The notes below the pieces were generated by a model. That model searched no databases. It saw only the letters and a list, made by a program, of their open reading frames with translations, and had not been told where the DNA came from. DNA of 47,443 nt from the NCBI GenBank assembly GCA_021808815.1, contig JAKBAT010000001.1:1-47443 (forward strand), read 5' to 3'. Source of the DNA: Pseudomonadota bacterium. Its GTDB lineage: Bacteria; Pseudomonadota; Gammaproteobacteria; Burkholderiales; Ferrovaceae. This document shows, in pieces, positions 16,001-25,556 of the stretch (its first letter is position 1; each line of letters begins with the position of its first letter). The translations under genes were made by a program, and so were the position numbers.

Positions 16001-17639
16001 TTCGCCGCCGCCACACCATGACATTTATTCCATCGAGGATCTGGCGCAACTGATTCACGACCTCAAGAATGTGAATCCGCAGGCACGGATCAGCGTCAAA
16101 CTGGTGTCGGAAGTGGGGGTAGGGACAGTTGCTGCCGGGGTATCCAAGGCACATGCCGACCATGTCACCATTTCAGGGCATGATGGCGGCACGGGGGCTT
16201 CTCCCCTGTCTTCCATCAAATATGCGGGCTCCCCCTGGGAACTGGGCCTTGCCGAAACCCAGCAGACGCTGGTGTTGAACCGCTTGCGAGGACGCATCTG
16301 CGTCCAAGCGGACGGACAGATGAAAACCGGTCGGGATGTGGTCGTGGGTGCGCTGCTGGGTGCCGACGAGTTTGGTTTTGCCACTGCCCCCCTCGTCGTG
16401 GAAGGCTGCATCATGATGCGCAAATGCCATCTCAACACCTGCCCCGTCGGGATTGCAACCCAGGACCCCGAATTGACTCGTAAATTCAACGGGCAGCCCG
16501 AGCATGTGATCAATTACTTCTTCTTTGTCGCAGAGGAAGTGCGGGAATACATGGCCCAGATGGGCTTCCGCAAGTTTGACGATATGATCGGACGTGTCGA
16601 TCGGCTCGACATGCGTGAAGGCATTTCCCACTGGAAGGCGCGTGGACTCGATTTTTCCAGGATTTTCCACAGCCCGGACATGCCGGCTGATGTGGCGCGT
16701 TCCTGGAAGGAACGCCAGGACCATGGGCTCGGACAGGCACTGGATCTTGCCTTGATCACGCAATCCCGTGAAGCCATCGAACAGCGCCGCCCCGTCATCA
16801 TTGAAACGGCCGTCCGCAACGTGCACCGCACGATCGGCGCCATGTTGTCCGGTGAAGTGGCCCGGCGTCATGGCCATGCCGGGTTGCCGGATGACACCAT
16901 CGTCGTGCGGGCAAAGGGCACTGCAGGCCAGAGTTTCGGAGCATTCCTGGCCCACGGCGTCACGCTCGAGTTGGAGGGCGAAGCCAACGACTACGTGGGC
17001 AAGGGTCTTTCCGGCGGTCGCATTGTCATTTATCCGCCCGCAGAATGCCCCATTCGTGCTGAAGAAAACATCATTGTGGGAAACACGGTGCTGTATGGTG
17101 CCATCTCCGGCGAGTGCTATTTCCGCGGTGTCGCAGGCGAACGGTTTGCCGTGCGCAACTCGGGGGCAACGGCCGTCGTGGAAGGTGTCGGGGACCACGG
17201 CTGCGAATACATGACCGGCGGGACAGTGGTGGTATTGGGTGAAGCGGGGCGCAATTTCGCTGCTGGTATGAGCGGCGGGGTGGCGTATGTGCTGGATGAG
17301 GCAGGCGACTTCGAACAACGTTGCAATCTGGCCATGGTGGAGCTCGAACCCGTGCCGGAGGAGGATGACGCTTCCGAGGAATCCCGCGGCAACCTGGATT
17401 CGCACGGCAAGGTCAAAGTGAACCACCTGGGAGAACGTGACTCGGTTCTTCTGAAACGGCTGATTGAAACCCATCTGCATTACACCAACAGCGATCGGGC
17501 CCGCACGGTACTGCAACGCTGGGACCATTATCGTGGGCTGTTCGTCAAGGTCATGCCCATGGAATACCGGCGTGCACTGATGGAGCTGGCCGTCGAGAAA
17601 CAACAGGACAATGGGCAGAGAGCAGAACACCATGGGTAA
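13014..17639 (+). CDS. gltB: Glutamate synthase (NADPH) large subunit
   Basis: 1541 aa. N-terminal amidotransferase with catalytic Cys ([15 protein letters not shown]), followed by FMN and GXGXG domains. The only in-frame start is TTG at 13014. Confidence 0.96.
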   Translation: MIHPSIPPRQGLYDPALEHDACGVGFVAHIKGVRSHAIVRQGLQILENLTHRGATGADPLAGDGAGILIQMPDAFLRKETARLGFSLPPEGGYAVGMVFLPRDPAARATCESILESCAREEGQTVLGWRDVPTDNSGLGESVKLVEPVIRQVFLARPEAMDRHAFERKLFVLRKRAEHQVSQEGIDRKWFYMPSLSSRTIVYKGMLLADQVGHFYLDLDDPELVSALALVHQRFSTNTFPTWDLAHPFRMIAHNGEINTLRGNVNWMAARRGAMASTLLGDDLGKIWPLIVEEQSDSACFDNALELLVAGGYSLAQAMTLLIPEAWAGNPLMDEERRAYYEYHAALMEPWDGPAAVAFTDGRQIGATLDRNGLRPARYLQTSDDLVLMASEMGVLQIPQNKIVKKWRLQPGKMLLIDLEQGRIISDAELKAQLARQHPYRQWVSSTQTRIEDLPDSALPPPPAQASLLDRQQAFGVTEEELKFLLVPMATSGQEAVGSMGDDTPLAILSNRPKSLYQYFRQLFAQVTNPPIDPIREELVMSLVSFIGPRPNLLWVDGAKPQPRLEASQPVLSSGEMETIRNVATLTHGQFRSITVSMCYPVTEGAAGMTHALDRLCQAALSAVQQGSNILVLSDRDLSARQVAIPALLATAAVHHHLVRNGLRTSTGLVVETGSAREVHHFALLAGYGAEAVHPYLAYETLHTMDRHLPSDLDAKDACKRYIKAISKGLLKVMSKMGISTYQSYCGAQIFEAVGLNSAFIAQYFTGTASTVEGIGLTEVAEETLRLHTLAFSDAPLYRDALDTGGEYAYRIRGEAHMWTPDSIAKLQNATRTGSYSAYREYAKAINDQSLRLMTLRGLFELKPAEQPIPLSEVEPAQSIVKRFATGAMSLGSISHQAHSTLAIAMNRIGGKSNTGEGGEDPQRFKSMPNGDSMRSAIKQVASGRFGVTTEYLVNADDIQIKMAQGAKPGEGGQLPGHKVSKYIGKLRHSVPGVGLISPPPHHDIYSIEDLAQLIHDLKNVNPQARISVKLVSEVGVGTVAAGVSKAHADHVTISGHDGGTGASPLSSIKYAGSPWELGLAETQQTLVLNRLRGRICVQADGQMKTGRDVVVGALLGADEFGFATAPLVVEGCIMMRKCHLNTCPVGIATQDPELTRKFNGQPEHVINYFFFVAEEVREYMAQMGFRKFDDMIGRVDRLDMREGISHWKARGLDFSRIFHSPDMPADVARSWKERQDHGLGQALDLALITQSREAIEQRRPVIIETAVRNVHRTIGAMLSGEVARRHGHAGLPDDTIVVRAKGTAGQSFGAFLAHGVTLELEGEANDYVGKGLSGGRIVIYPPAECPIRAEENIIVGNTVLYGAISGECYFRGVAGERFAVRNSGATAVVEGVGDHGCEYMTGGTVVVLGEAGRNFAAGMSGGVAYVLDEAGDFEQRCNLAMVELEPVPEEDDASEESRGNLDSHGKVKVNHLGERDSVLLKRLIETHLHYTNSDRARTVLQRWDHYRGLFVKVMPMEYRRALMELAVEKQQDNGQRAEHHG

Positions 17640-19068
17640 GATCACGGGCTTCATGGAAATCACGCGGCAGGATCCGCAGTCGTTGCCTCCGGAAGAACGC
17701 ATTCATTTCTATCGCGAATTCACGGTGCCGATGGCCGAAGCAGAGGTCAGCCGGCAGGGGGCCCGCTGCATGGACTGCGGCATTCCCTTCTGCCAGACCG
17801 GTTGTCCTGTCAACAACATCATTCCCGACTGGAATGACCTGGTGTACCGGGGGTACTGGAAGGAAGCGCTGGATGTCCTGCACTCCACCAACAATTTTCC
17901 CGAATTTACCGGCCGCGTCTGCCCAGCGCCCTGCGAAGCTGCCTGTGTGCTCAACATCAATAACGATGCCGTGACCATCAAGAACATCGAACATGCGATC
18001 ATCGACAAGGGCTGGGAAGAAGGCTGGGTCCTTCCCCAACCGTCGACACGCCATACCGGAAAAAAGGTTGCCATCATCGGTTCAGGACCTTCCGGCCTGG
18101 CGGCCGCCCAGCAGCTTGCGCGTGCAGGACACCAGGTGGTGGTATTCGAGAAAAATGACCGGATCGGTGGGTTGCTGCGTTACGGCATTCCCGATTTCAA
18201 AATGGAAAAGCACTGGATTGACCGCCGTCAGAAGCAAATGCAGGCCGAAGGCGTCGAATTCCGCACTTCCCAGCACGTCGGGGTCACGCTGCCCGCCCTG
18301 CAACTGGTCACCGACTTCGATGCCGTACTGCTCACGGGAGGTTCCGAACATCCCCGGGATCTGGGCGTCCCCGGACGGGAGCTGGAAGGGATTCATTTCG
18401 CCATGTCCTTCCTGCCACAACAAAACCGTCGCAACGCCGGCGATCAGGTGGCCAGCCAGATCCTGGCCACCGGCAAGCATGTGGTGGTCATTGGAGGGGG
18501 CGATACCGGATCAGACTGCGTGGGGACCTCGATACGCCAGGGGGCCGCTTCCGTCACCCAGTTCGAGCTGATGCCGCGCCCCCCCGAACAGGAAAACAAA
18601 CCGCTGGTCTGGCCCAATTACCCCATGAAACTCAGGACATCCTCTTCCCAGGAGGAAGGGTGCAACCGGGACTGGAGCGTGGCGACCAAGTCATTCAAGG
18701 GCGTGGATGGACGGGTTTCCCAATTGCGTGCGGTACGACTGGAGTGGAAAAAAGACCTCCAAGGGCAGATGACCATGTCCGAAGTGCCGGATTCGGAATT
18801 TGAAATCCAGGCGGACCTGGTACTATTGGCCATGGGTTACCTGCATCCTGTTCATGAGGGATTGTTGACGCAACTGGGCGTGACCCTCGATGGCCGTGGA
18901 AACGTCGCTGCCAACACGGATCAGTACCAGACCTCCATTCCCAAGGTGTTTTCTGCTGGCGACATGCGACGTGGCCAATCGCTGGTGGTATGGGCAATCC
19001 GGGAAGGCCGCCAGGCCGCCCGGGCCATGGATGAGTTCCTGATGGGTCGTTCCGACCTTCCGCGCTGA
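17632..19068 (+). CDS. gltD: Glutamate synthase (NADPH) small subunit
   Basis: Starts at ATG 17632 ([10 protein letters not shown]...). Fe-S cysteines [20 protein letters not shown] folds [10 protein letters not shown] and GGGDTGSDC. Overlaps the gltB stop by 8 nt. Confidence 0.95.
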   Translation: MGKITGFMEITRQDPQSLPPEERIHFYREFTVPMAEAEVSRQGARCMDCGIPFCQTGCPVNNIIPDWNDLVYRGYWKEALDVLHSTNNFPEFTGRVCPAPCEAACVLNINNDAVTIKNIEHAIIDKGWEEGWVLPQPSTRHTGKKVAIIGSGPSGLAAAQQLARAGHQVVVFEKNDRIGGLLRYGIPDFKMEKHWIDRRQKQMQAEGVEFRTSQHVGVTLPALQLVTDFDAVLLTGGSEHPRDLGVPGRELEGIHFAMSFLPQQNRRNAGDQVASQILATGKHVVVIGGGDTGSDCVGTSIRQGAASVTQFELMPRPPEQENKPLVWPNYPMKLRTSSSQEEGCNRDWSVATKSFKGVDGRVSQLRAVRLEWKKDLQGQMTMSEVPDSEFEIQADLVLLAMGYLHPVHEGLLTQLGVTLDGRGNVAANTDQYQTSIPKVFSAGDMRRGQSLVVWAIREGRQAARAMDEFLMGRSDLPR

Positions 19069-19078
19069 GTAGGCCAGC

Positions 19079-20134
19079 ATGTTGCATAACGATACCTTCC
19101 TGAAGGCGCTGTTGCGCCAACCGACATCCTATACCCCACTGTGGATCATGCGACAGGCGGGACGTTACCTGCCGGAATACAACGCGACGCGCGCACGCGC
19201 AGGCAGTTTTCTCGACTTGTGCAAAAACCCCGACCTGGCGACCGAAGTCACGTTACAGCCCCTGGCACGTTACCCGCTGGATGCCGCCATCCTGTTTTCA
19301 GATATCCTGACCATTCCCGACGCCATGGGACTGGGCCTGTATTTCGCGGAAGGAGAAGGCCCAAAGCTTGAACGGCCCTTGCGCGATGAGTGGGAAGTAC
19401 GCAACCTGACTGCTCCAGATCCTACGGAACACTTGCGTTATGTCCTGGATGCGGTCAGTCAGATCAAACGCGCCCTGGCGGGTTCCGTCCCCCTGATAGG
19501 GTTTTCGGGCAGCCCGTTCACCCTGGCGTGTTACATGGTGGAAGGCGGGGGTTCGGAAGACTTTCGGCATATCAAGGGGATGCTGTACCGCCGCCCCGAT
19601 CTGCTCCACCGCATTCTCGACGTGACGACCGAAGCGGTCATCCTGTATCTGAATGCCCAGATTGCAGCAGGTGCACAGGCAGTCATGGTTTTTGACACCT
19701 GGGGCGGAACATTGACACCGGCGGCCTACCAGGAGTTTTCCCTGGCTTACCTCACCCGTATCGCCGCTGGGCTGACACGGCATGCGGACGGACGCCGCGT
19801 TCCCAGCATTGTTTTCACCAAAGGGGGAGGACTCTGGCTGGAGTCTATCGCCGATGCCGGTTTCGATGCCGTGGGATTGGATTGGACGGTGGACATGGCC
19901 CAGGCCCGACGTCGCATCGGGGAGCGTGTTGCATTGCAAGGCAATATGGATCCCGCCGTCCTGTTTGCCCCCCCCGAAGCCATTCGTCGGGAAGTGGCAA
20001 GCGTGCTGGCGGGGTTTGGTCCAGGCCCTGGACATGTTTTCAATTTGGGCCATGGGATTTCGCGCTTTACCGATCCCGAACACGTGGCTGTCCTCGTGGA
20101 TGCCGTACACTCCCTGAGTCGCGATTCCCATTGA
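19079..20134 (+). CDS. hemE: Uroporphyrinogen decarboxylase
   Basis: 351 aa. [15 protein letters not shown] and [14 protein letters not shown] are typical HemE motifs. Starts 10 nt after the gltD stop. Confidence 0.95.
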   Translation: MLHNDTFLKALLRQPTSYTPLWIMRQAGRYLPEYNATRARAGSFLDLCKNPDLATEVTLQPLARYPLDAAILFSDILTIPDAMGLGLYFAEGEGPKLERPLRDEWEVRNLTAPDPTEHLRYVLDAVSQIKRALAGSVPLIGFSGSPFTLACYMVEGGGSEDFRHIKGMLYRRPDLLHRILDVTTEAVILYLNAQIAAGAQAVMVFDTWGGTLTPAAYQEFSLAYLTRIAAGLTRHADGRRVPSIVFTKGGGLWLESIADAGFDAVGLDWTVDMAQARRRIGERVALQGNMDPAVLFAPPEAIRREVASVLAGFGPGPGHVFNLGHGISRFTDPEHVAVLVDAVHSLSRDSH

Positions 20135-20343
20135 CAAAGAGTCCGAATTGCGCCTCTCGTCATTGTGCTTATGCACAATTGTAAGTCTTCGGTAACAATC
20201 GTTTAAGAATCAAGCTGTTCTGTTACATTAGAACATAACGCATTGTTTATAAATAACTTTATTAAAACGCCCGGAAAGGTACGGTAAGGTGGGGGTCCCC
20301 TGAAGGCTCGGATTCTCGCGGCCCCCGGGACTTATGAACAGAG

Positions 20344-20352
20344 TTATCCACA
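20344..20352 (+). promoter_or_regulatory. Isolated perfect DnaA box TTATCCACA in the priA leader
   Basis: Exact 9/9 match to the consensus, 50 nt upstream of the priA ATG. I saw no flanking boxes. Confidence 0.45.
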
Positions 20353-20401
20353 ACCTGGTAGGGGTGGGATTACCGTCCGGGAGCCCTTGACATTCCACAC
20401 C

Positions 20402-22384
20402 ATGCCCACCGTTAAAATCGCGTTTGATCTTCCTTTGAACCGCCTGTTTGATTACGAGGCGCCGCAGGCCACTGAAGACGACATTGGACGTCGTGTGCTG
20501 GCGCCTTTTGGCACAGGTGAAAAAACCGGGGTCATCATGGGGGTAGGACACCCTCCTGAAGTTCCCTCCCATCAGCTCCGCGCCATCAGTACCCTCTGGC
20601 GTGATCTCCCCCCCCTGTCCCACGACGACTTGCGACTGTTGCGCTTTTGCAGCGACTACTACCACCACCCGCTGGGCGCCGTGGTATTGAACGCGCTGCC
20701 GCCGGCCTTGCGCAAAAAGACCCCCTGGTCCCCTCCGCGACGACGCAAGCCTCTGCCCGAAGTCCCCGTGGAAGCGGCACCTGCGCTCAACTCGGCACAG
20801 CAGGAGGCTATCGATGCCGTTCTGTCGCGGGTGGGGCATTTCGACGCCTATTTGTTATTTGGAATCACCGGAAGCGGCAAGACGGAAGTCTACCTTCAAT
20901 TGATACGCGCGCTGGTCTCTCAGGGATTCCAGGCGTTGATCCTGACGCCTGAAATCAATCTTACCCCACAACTGGAAATGCGCTTTCGCCAGCGCCTGCA
21001 CGGCGTGCCTCTGGTTTGCATGCATAGCGCCCTGGGAGAAAAGGAGCGGGCGGTGCGCTGGCTTGCAGCACAGAACGGAGAGGCCGCCGTCGTGCTCGGG
21101 ACCCGCTCCACTGTCTTTTGCCCCATGCCAAAACTGGGGCTGATCGTCGTGGACGAGGAACATGATACTTCTTACAAGCAGCAGGAGGGGTTGCGCTATT
21201 CCGCCCGTGACGTGGCACTGGTACGGGCACAGCAGCGCCAGGTTCCCATCCTTCTGGGTACGGCTACCCCAGCCCTCGAGACCTGGTGGAACGCCGAATC
21301 GGGAAAGTATCGTCTGCTGACCTTGCCCCAACGCGCCATTGCCGGCGCAACCTTACCCCGGATGCAACTGATTGAGTTTCCTGGTGGAGGAGCCTCCCGG
21401 GAAATATCCGGGCCCGTGACCGAAGCCATTCGGCAGCGCTTGGAACGGCACGAACAAAGCCTCATTTTCATCAACCGGCGTGGATTTGCACCCGTGCTGT
21501 TCTGTTCCCAATGCCACTGGCTTTCTGGCTGCCCGCATTGTGCAGCGAAAATGGTGGTGCATCTGCGTGCGAAACAGTTGCGCTGCCATCATTGCGGAGG
21601 AACGCAACCCATTCCGGATCGCTGCCCCGACTGCGGCAATACCCACCTCGACCTGTTGGGTGCGGGCACTCAAAAAGTCGAAGAGGAATTGCGGCAGGAT
21701 TTCCCCGAGGCGCACATTCTGCGCCTTGATCGCGACACGCTGTCCAGACAGGACGCCTGGAGGGACACCCTGGCCAGTATCCAGTCCGGCGAGGTGGATA
21801 TCCTGATCGGCACCCAGCTGCTGGCCAAGGGGCACGATTTTCCCAACATTACGCTGGTGGCAGCCCTGGGGGTGGATGGGGCGCTGTATGCCAGTGATTT
21901 CCGCAGTGGCGAGCGCCTGTTTTCCCAGATGGTCCAGGTGGGAGGACGGGCGGGGCGAGGTCTCCAGTCAGGAGAGGTGCTGATCCAGACTGCATTTCCC
22001 CAACACCCCCTTTTTGCCGCCCTGCGGGTTCAGGATTACCCCCGCTTTGCCGAGCTCGCCCTGGCGGAAAGACAACTCACGATGTTTCCACCTTTTACTT
22101 ACCTGGCCATGCTGAGAGCGGCTTCAGAAAACACACTGCAACTGGAGCACTTCATGGCCCAGGCCGCTGGAGCAGCCCGCCGCCTGGCGGACGGCGTGGA
22201 AATCTACGATCCCGTTCCCGCCACCCTTGCCCGGGTTGCAGGCAAGGTCCGATGGCAGCTCCTGGTTCAAAGCACACACCGACAATCGCTTCAGGCATTC
22301 CTGAAAGCCTGGCAACCGTACTTGCAAGCCATGGTTCCTTCGCGTGTTCAATGGACCATTGATGTGGATCCCACTGAACTATGA
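20402..22384 (+). CDS. priA: Primosomal replication restart helicase PriA
   Basis: Starts at ATG 20402 (MPTVKIAFDLPLNRLFDYEAP). Walker A GITGSGKTEVYL, DEEHD box, and a Cys-rich zinc region (CSQCHW..CPHC...CHHCG...CPDCG). Confidence 0.93.
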   Translation: MPTVKIAFDLPLNRLFDYEAPQATEDDIGRRVLAPFGTGEKTGVIMGVGHPPEVPSHQLRAISTLWRDLPPLSHDDLRLLRFCSDYYHHPLGAVVLNALPPALRKKTPWSPPRRRKPLPEVPVEAAPALNSAQQEAIDAVLSRVGHFDAYLLFGITGSGKTEVYLQLIRALVSQGFQALILTPEINLTPQLEMRFRQRLHGVPLVCMHSALGEKERAVRWLAAQNGEAAVVLGTRSTVFCPMPKLGLIVVDEEHDTSYKQQEGLRYSARDVALVRAQQRQVPILLGTATPALETWWNAESGKYRLLTLPQRAIAGATLPRMQLIEFPGGGASREISGPVTEAIRQRLERHEQSLIFINRRGFAPVLFCSQCHWLSGCPHCAAKMVVHLRAKQLRCHHCGGTQPIPDRCPDCGNTHLDLLGAGTQKVEEELRQDFPEAHILRLDRDTLSRQDAWRDTLASIQSGEVDILIGTQLLAKGHDFPNITLVAALGVDGALYASDFRSGERLFSQMVQVGGRAGRGLQSGEVLIQTAFPQHPLFAALRVQDYPRFAELALAERQLTMFPPFTYLAMLRAASENTLQLEHFMAQAAGAARRLADGVEIYDPVPATLARVAGKVRWQLLVQSTHRQSLQAFLKAWQPYLQAMVPSRVQWTIDVDPTEL

Positions 22385-22430
22385 GCCGCGTGATCACACC
22401 CTTATAATGTCGCTCTTGACTGAGTTTTTC

Positions 22431-24206
22431 ATGACAACCACTCACATGTCACCTTTATCCGAAAGCATCAAGGCGCTATTCCAGGCCGCGTTGCACAACG
22501 TGGCGCCCGATATTCCGCTGGCGGTTGTACTGGAACGTCCGCGCCAGTCTGGCCACGGTGAATACGCCAGCACACTGGCCTTGCAGTTGGCCAAGGCGAT
22601 GGGACGCCCCCCCAGGGAACTGGCCCAGCGCATCATCGATGCCTTGCCGCCCTCAACACTGGTGGAAACCGTGGAAGTGGCGGGCCCGGGCTTTATCAAT
22701 GTGTTTCTGACTGCGGCAGCAAAGCAGTCCGTCGTATCCGATGTGCTGCGCGCCGAAGGCCGCTGGGGTTCTGTGGATACGGGAAGGGGGCGCCACGTCC
22801 AGGTGGAGTTCGTTTCCAGCAATCCCACCGGACCGTTGCATGTCGGGCATGGTCGTGGGGCTGCTTTCGGAGCCTCGCTGGCCAATATACTGGCCAAGGC
22901 CGGATTCCTGGTACAGCGGGAATACTATGTCAATGATGCGGGGCGCCAGATGGATATTCTGGCAGTGTCCACATGGCTGCGTTATCTCGCCGGATTCGGT
23001 TCCTCGATCGCTTTTCCCCCCAATGGATACCAGGGCGATTACGTGGCCGCCATGGCGGAGAAATTGCGCCGGACTGCCGGGCAGGCGTTCCATCGCACCG
23101 ATGAAGCAGTCCTGGAGGCAACTCCGGGGATTTCCCCCACCCAGGATGACACTGACGCCGCAGCGGCAACCTGCAACGAAGCCCACATGGATGCCTTGAT
23201 CGCCAATGCAAAGCGCCTGCTGGGCCCTGATTACTTCAGCCTGCACCAGCAGGTGCTGCAGGAACAACTTGAGGATTGCCGCGAAGACCTGGAAGCTTTC
23301 GGGGTCATCTTCGATGAATGGTTTTCAGAACAGTCCCTGTTCAACGATGGCGCTGTGGCACGTGTCGTCGAACAGCTTTCGGCAGGGGGCTACCTCTATG
23401 AACAAGATGGCGCACGCTGGTTTCGTTCCACCGCTTTCGGCGATGAAAAGGACCGTGTGATCCAGCGGGAAAACGGCATCTTTACCTACTTTGCGTCGGA
23501 TATTGCCTATCATGCGAACAAGTTCGCGCGGGGATTCGATCTCATCGTGGACGTGTGGGGCGCCGACCACCATGGTTACATTCCCCGGGTAATGGCCGCG
23601 CTGAGTGCCCTGGGCCTGGACGTGCAGCGCCTGCAGATCCCGTTGGTACAGTTTGTGAGCCTGTATCGGCACGGTGAAAAGGCGCAAATGTCCACCCGCA
23701 AAGGCCAGTTTGTCACATTGCGGGCATTGCGAACGGAAGTGGGACGGGATGCAGCACGCTTTTTTTATGTGCTGCGCAAGTCAGACCAGCATCTCGACTT
23801 CGACCTGGATCTTGCCAAGTCGGAAAGCAACGACAATCCGGTGTATTACATTCAGTATGCCCATGCCCGGATTCACAGTGTGCTTGCCAAATGGGGTGGT
23901 GACATCCGACAACTGCATGCGGCACCCCTGTCGTCATTGACCCACGTGCAGGAATTCGGCCTGATGCAGTGGTTACGCGGTTATCCTGAAACCATAGAAC
24001 TGGCGGCCCTTGAGTATGCCCCGCACACCGTGGCGTTCTACCTCAGGGATCTCGCCGCTGCCTTGCATAGCTACTACAATTCCACCCAGTTTCTGGTGGA
24101 AGACGACACTCTCCGGCTGGCACGCCTGGCGTTGATTTATGCGGTCGCCAGTGTGCTGCGTGATGGCCTGCAGTTGCTGGGCGTCAGCGCACCGGAATCC
24201 ATGTAG
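22431..24206 (+). CDS. argS: Arginine--tRNA ligase
   Basis: Class I HIGH region (SSNPTGPLHVGHGRGA), an MSTRKG (KMSKS-like) motif and C-terminal anticodon-binding domain features. The start is ambiguous between ATG 22431 and ATG 22446. Confidence 0.92.
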   Translation: MTTTHMSPLSESIKALFQAALHNVAPDIPLAVVLERPRQSGHGEYASTLALQLAKAMGRPPRELAQRIIDALPPSTLVETVEVAGPGFINVFLTAAAKQSVVSDVLRAEGRWGSVDTGRGRHVQVEFVSSNPTGPLHVGHGRGAAFGASLANILAKAGFLVQREYYVNDAGRQMDILAVSTWLRYLAGFGSSIAFPPNGYQGDYVAAMAEKLRRTAGQAFHRTDEAVLEATPGISPTQDDTDAAAATCNEAHMDALIANAKRLLGPDYFSLHQQVLQEQLEDCREDLEAFGVIFDEWFSEQSLFNDGAVARVVEQLSAGGYLYEQDGARWFRSTAFGDEKDRVIQRENGIFTYFASDIAYHANKFARGFDLIVDVWGADHHGYIPRVMAALSALGLDVQRLQIPLVQFVSLYRHGEKAQMSTRKGQFVTLRALRTEVGRDAARFFYVLRKSDQHLDFDLDLAKSESNDNPVYYIQYAHARIHSVLAKWGGDIRQLHAAPLSSLTHVQEFGLMQWLRGYPETIELAALEYAPHTVAFYLRDLAAALHSYYNSTQFLVEDDTLRLARLALIYAVASVLRDGLQLLGVSAPESM

Positions 24207-24218
24207 GAGTCTGAGGAC

Positions 24219-24887
24219 ATGACACCACGGCCTGCCAATCCCCAAGCCAAATCGGCTTCCTCTCGCAAATACCCCTTTTTGAAGGGTCTGCTGACAGGAC
24301 TTGTGGCCGGTGTGGGACTATCGGCCGGAGTAGCGCTTTACGTCACGCACATGCCAAACCCGTTTATTGCGCATTCCGGGCAAGCCACCACCGCGCCTGA
24401 TCGTCCGGCTGTTGAAATGCCCAATATCTCCCGGCAAGGCCTGATGAATCCCAGCCCGGTCACTGCCGAAGGCCCTCAGGCGGCAGCTGTCGTGCCTGTT
24501 CCGGAAACCACGCCCCTTCCAGCGGCGCCAGCCTCTTCCATGGAAGCCGTGCCTCAGGCGCCGTCACCCGGCCAGATGACGGCGGCACCGTTGAAAACCC
24601 CGGAACCTGCCGCACCCCAGACGGTCTACTTCGTTCAGACGGGTGCCTTTGGCAAGTCTGAAGAAGCAGACAACCAGCGGGCAAATCTGGCACTGCTCGG
24701 CATGGACAGTACAGTCCTGTCTCCGGAAGTGGGGGACAAGCTGATGCTGTACCGCGTGCGCATCGGCCCGATTCGTTCCGTCGACGAAGTGCGCACAGTC
24801 GTGGCCACTCTCAAGAACAGCGGCATTGTCACCAACGTCATCAAAAGTACTTCCGGCAGCAAACCCAAAGACACCCCTTCACGTTAA
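24219..24887 (+). CDS. SPOR domain-containing cell-division-associated protein
   Basis: One N-terminal TM segment (LLTGLVAGVGLSAGVALYV), a Pro/Ala-rich linker, and a C-terminal SPOR-like fold (VYFVQTGAFGKSEEADNQRANLALLG...YRVRIGPIRS). Confidence 0.85.
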   Translation: MTPRPANPQAKSASSRKYPFLKGLLTGLVAGVGLSAGVALYVTHMPNPFIAHSGQATTAPDRPAVEMPNISRQGLMNPSPVTAEGPQAAAVVPVPETTPLPAAPASSMEAVPQAPSPGQMTAAPLKTPEPAAPQTVYFVQTGAFGKSEEADNQRANLALLGMDSTVLSPEVGDKLMLYRVRIGPIRSVDEVRTVVATLKNSGIVTNVIKSTSGSKPKDTPSR

Positions 24888-24907
24888 CACTGGAGACAAA
24901 AATCATC

Positions 24908-25546
24908 ATGAAACGGCTTTTTGCGACCTGCTTCGCCTTGATGGGCGCTTTTTTCCTGTGGAATGCCAATGCGGCAGGTGCGGTACTCGACCGTGACTAC
25001 GCCCTGGTTACCCCTGCTCAACCCGTTGATTCCCCTAAAAAAGTGGAAGTGGTAGAGGTTTTTTCCTATGCCTGCCCCCACTGCGGTGCATTGGCCCCCA
25101 TCATCGAGCCCTGGGCACACAAACTGCCCTCCAATGTGGTTTACAAACGAATTCCCGTCAGTTTTGGGCGTCCGCAATGGGCTGTTCTGGCCCGCGCCTA
25201 TTACGCCCTGGAAGTGCTCAACGAGGCGGATCGCTTGCAGGAGAAGATGTTCACTGCCATCCATTCCGAACATGTCAACCTCTCTTCCCAGGACGTCCTG
25301 TTTGACTGGATGGAAAATCAAGGGGTCAATCGACACAAGTTTGTGGATGCATTCAATTCGTTTGCAGTCCAGAGCAAGGTCCAGCGAGGTGATCAGAAAG
25401 CAATCGAATACGGGGTTGATGCTGTCCCCACGGTGATCGTGGATGGGAAATATCGCACTTCTCCCAGCATGGCAGGGAGCAACGCAGCCCTGTTACCCGT
25501 TCTGGATACCCTGATCCAGCAGGCCTCCAAGGCAAAAGGGCTGTAG
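24908..25546 (+). CDS. dsbA: Thiol:disulfide interchange protein DsbA
   Basis: Signal peptide followed by the CPHC thioredoxin-fold active site (FSYACPHCGAL). Length and pattern fit DsbA. Confidence 0.9.
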   Translation: MKRLFATCFALMGAFFLWNANAAGAVLDRDYALVTPAQPVDSPKKVEVVEVFSYACPHCGALAPIIEPWAHKLPSNVVYKRIPVSFGRPQWAVLARAYYALEVLNEADRLQEKMFTAIHSEHVNLSSQDVLFDWMENQGVNRHKFVDAFNSFAVQSKVQRGDQKAIEYGVDAVPTVIVDGKYRTSPSMAGSNAALLPVLDTLIQQASKAKGL

Positions 25547-25556
25547 GGCTCGGGAA

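Noticed and set aside
13026-17702. Several long antisense ORFs inside gltB (289, 394 and 509 aa, among others).
   Set aside because: All lie opposite the conserved gltB frame. They have no domain signatures and show the biased composition expected from antisense reading of GC3-rich codons.
20216-20235. TGTTCT-N8-AGAACA considered as a LexA (SOS) box upstream of priA.
   Set aside because: It does not fit the beta/gamma CTGT-N8-ACAG consensus, the GAAC-N4-GTTC type or the GTTC-N7-GTTC type. It is kept only as an unassigned palindrome.
20135-20401. A hemE-adjacent replication origin, as in Caulobacter.
   Set aside because: I found only one DnaA box here, whereas clustered boxes and AT-rich tracts flank dnaA about 22 kb away, next to parS and parAB.
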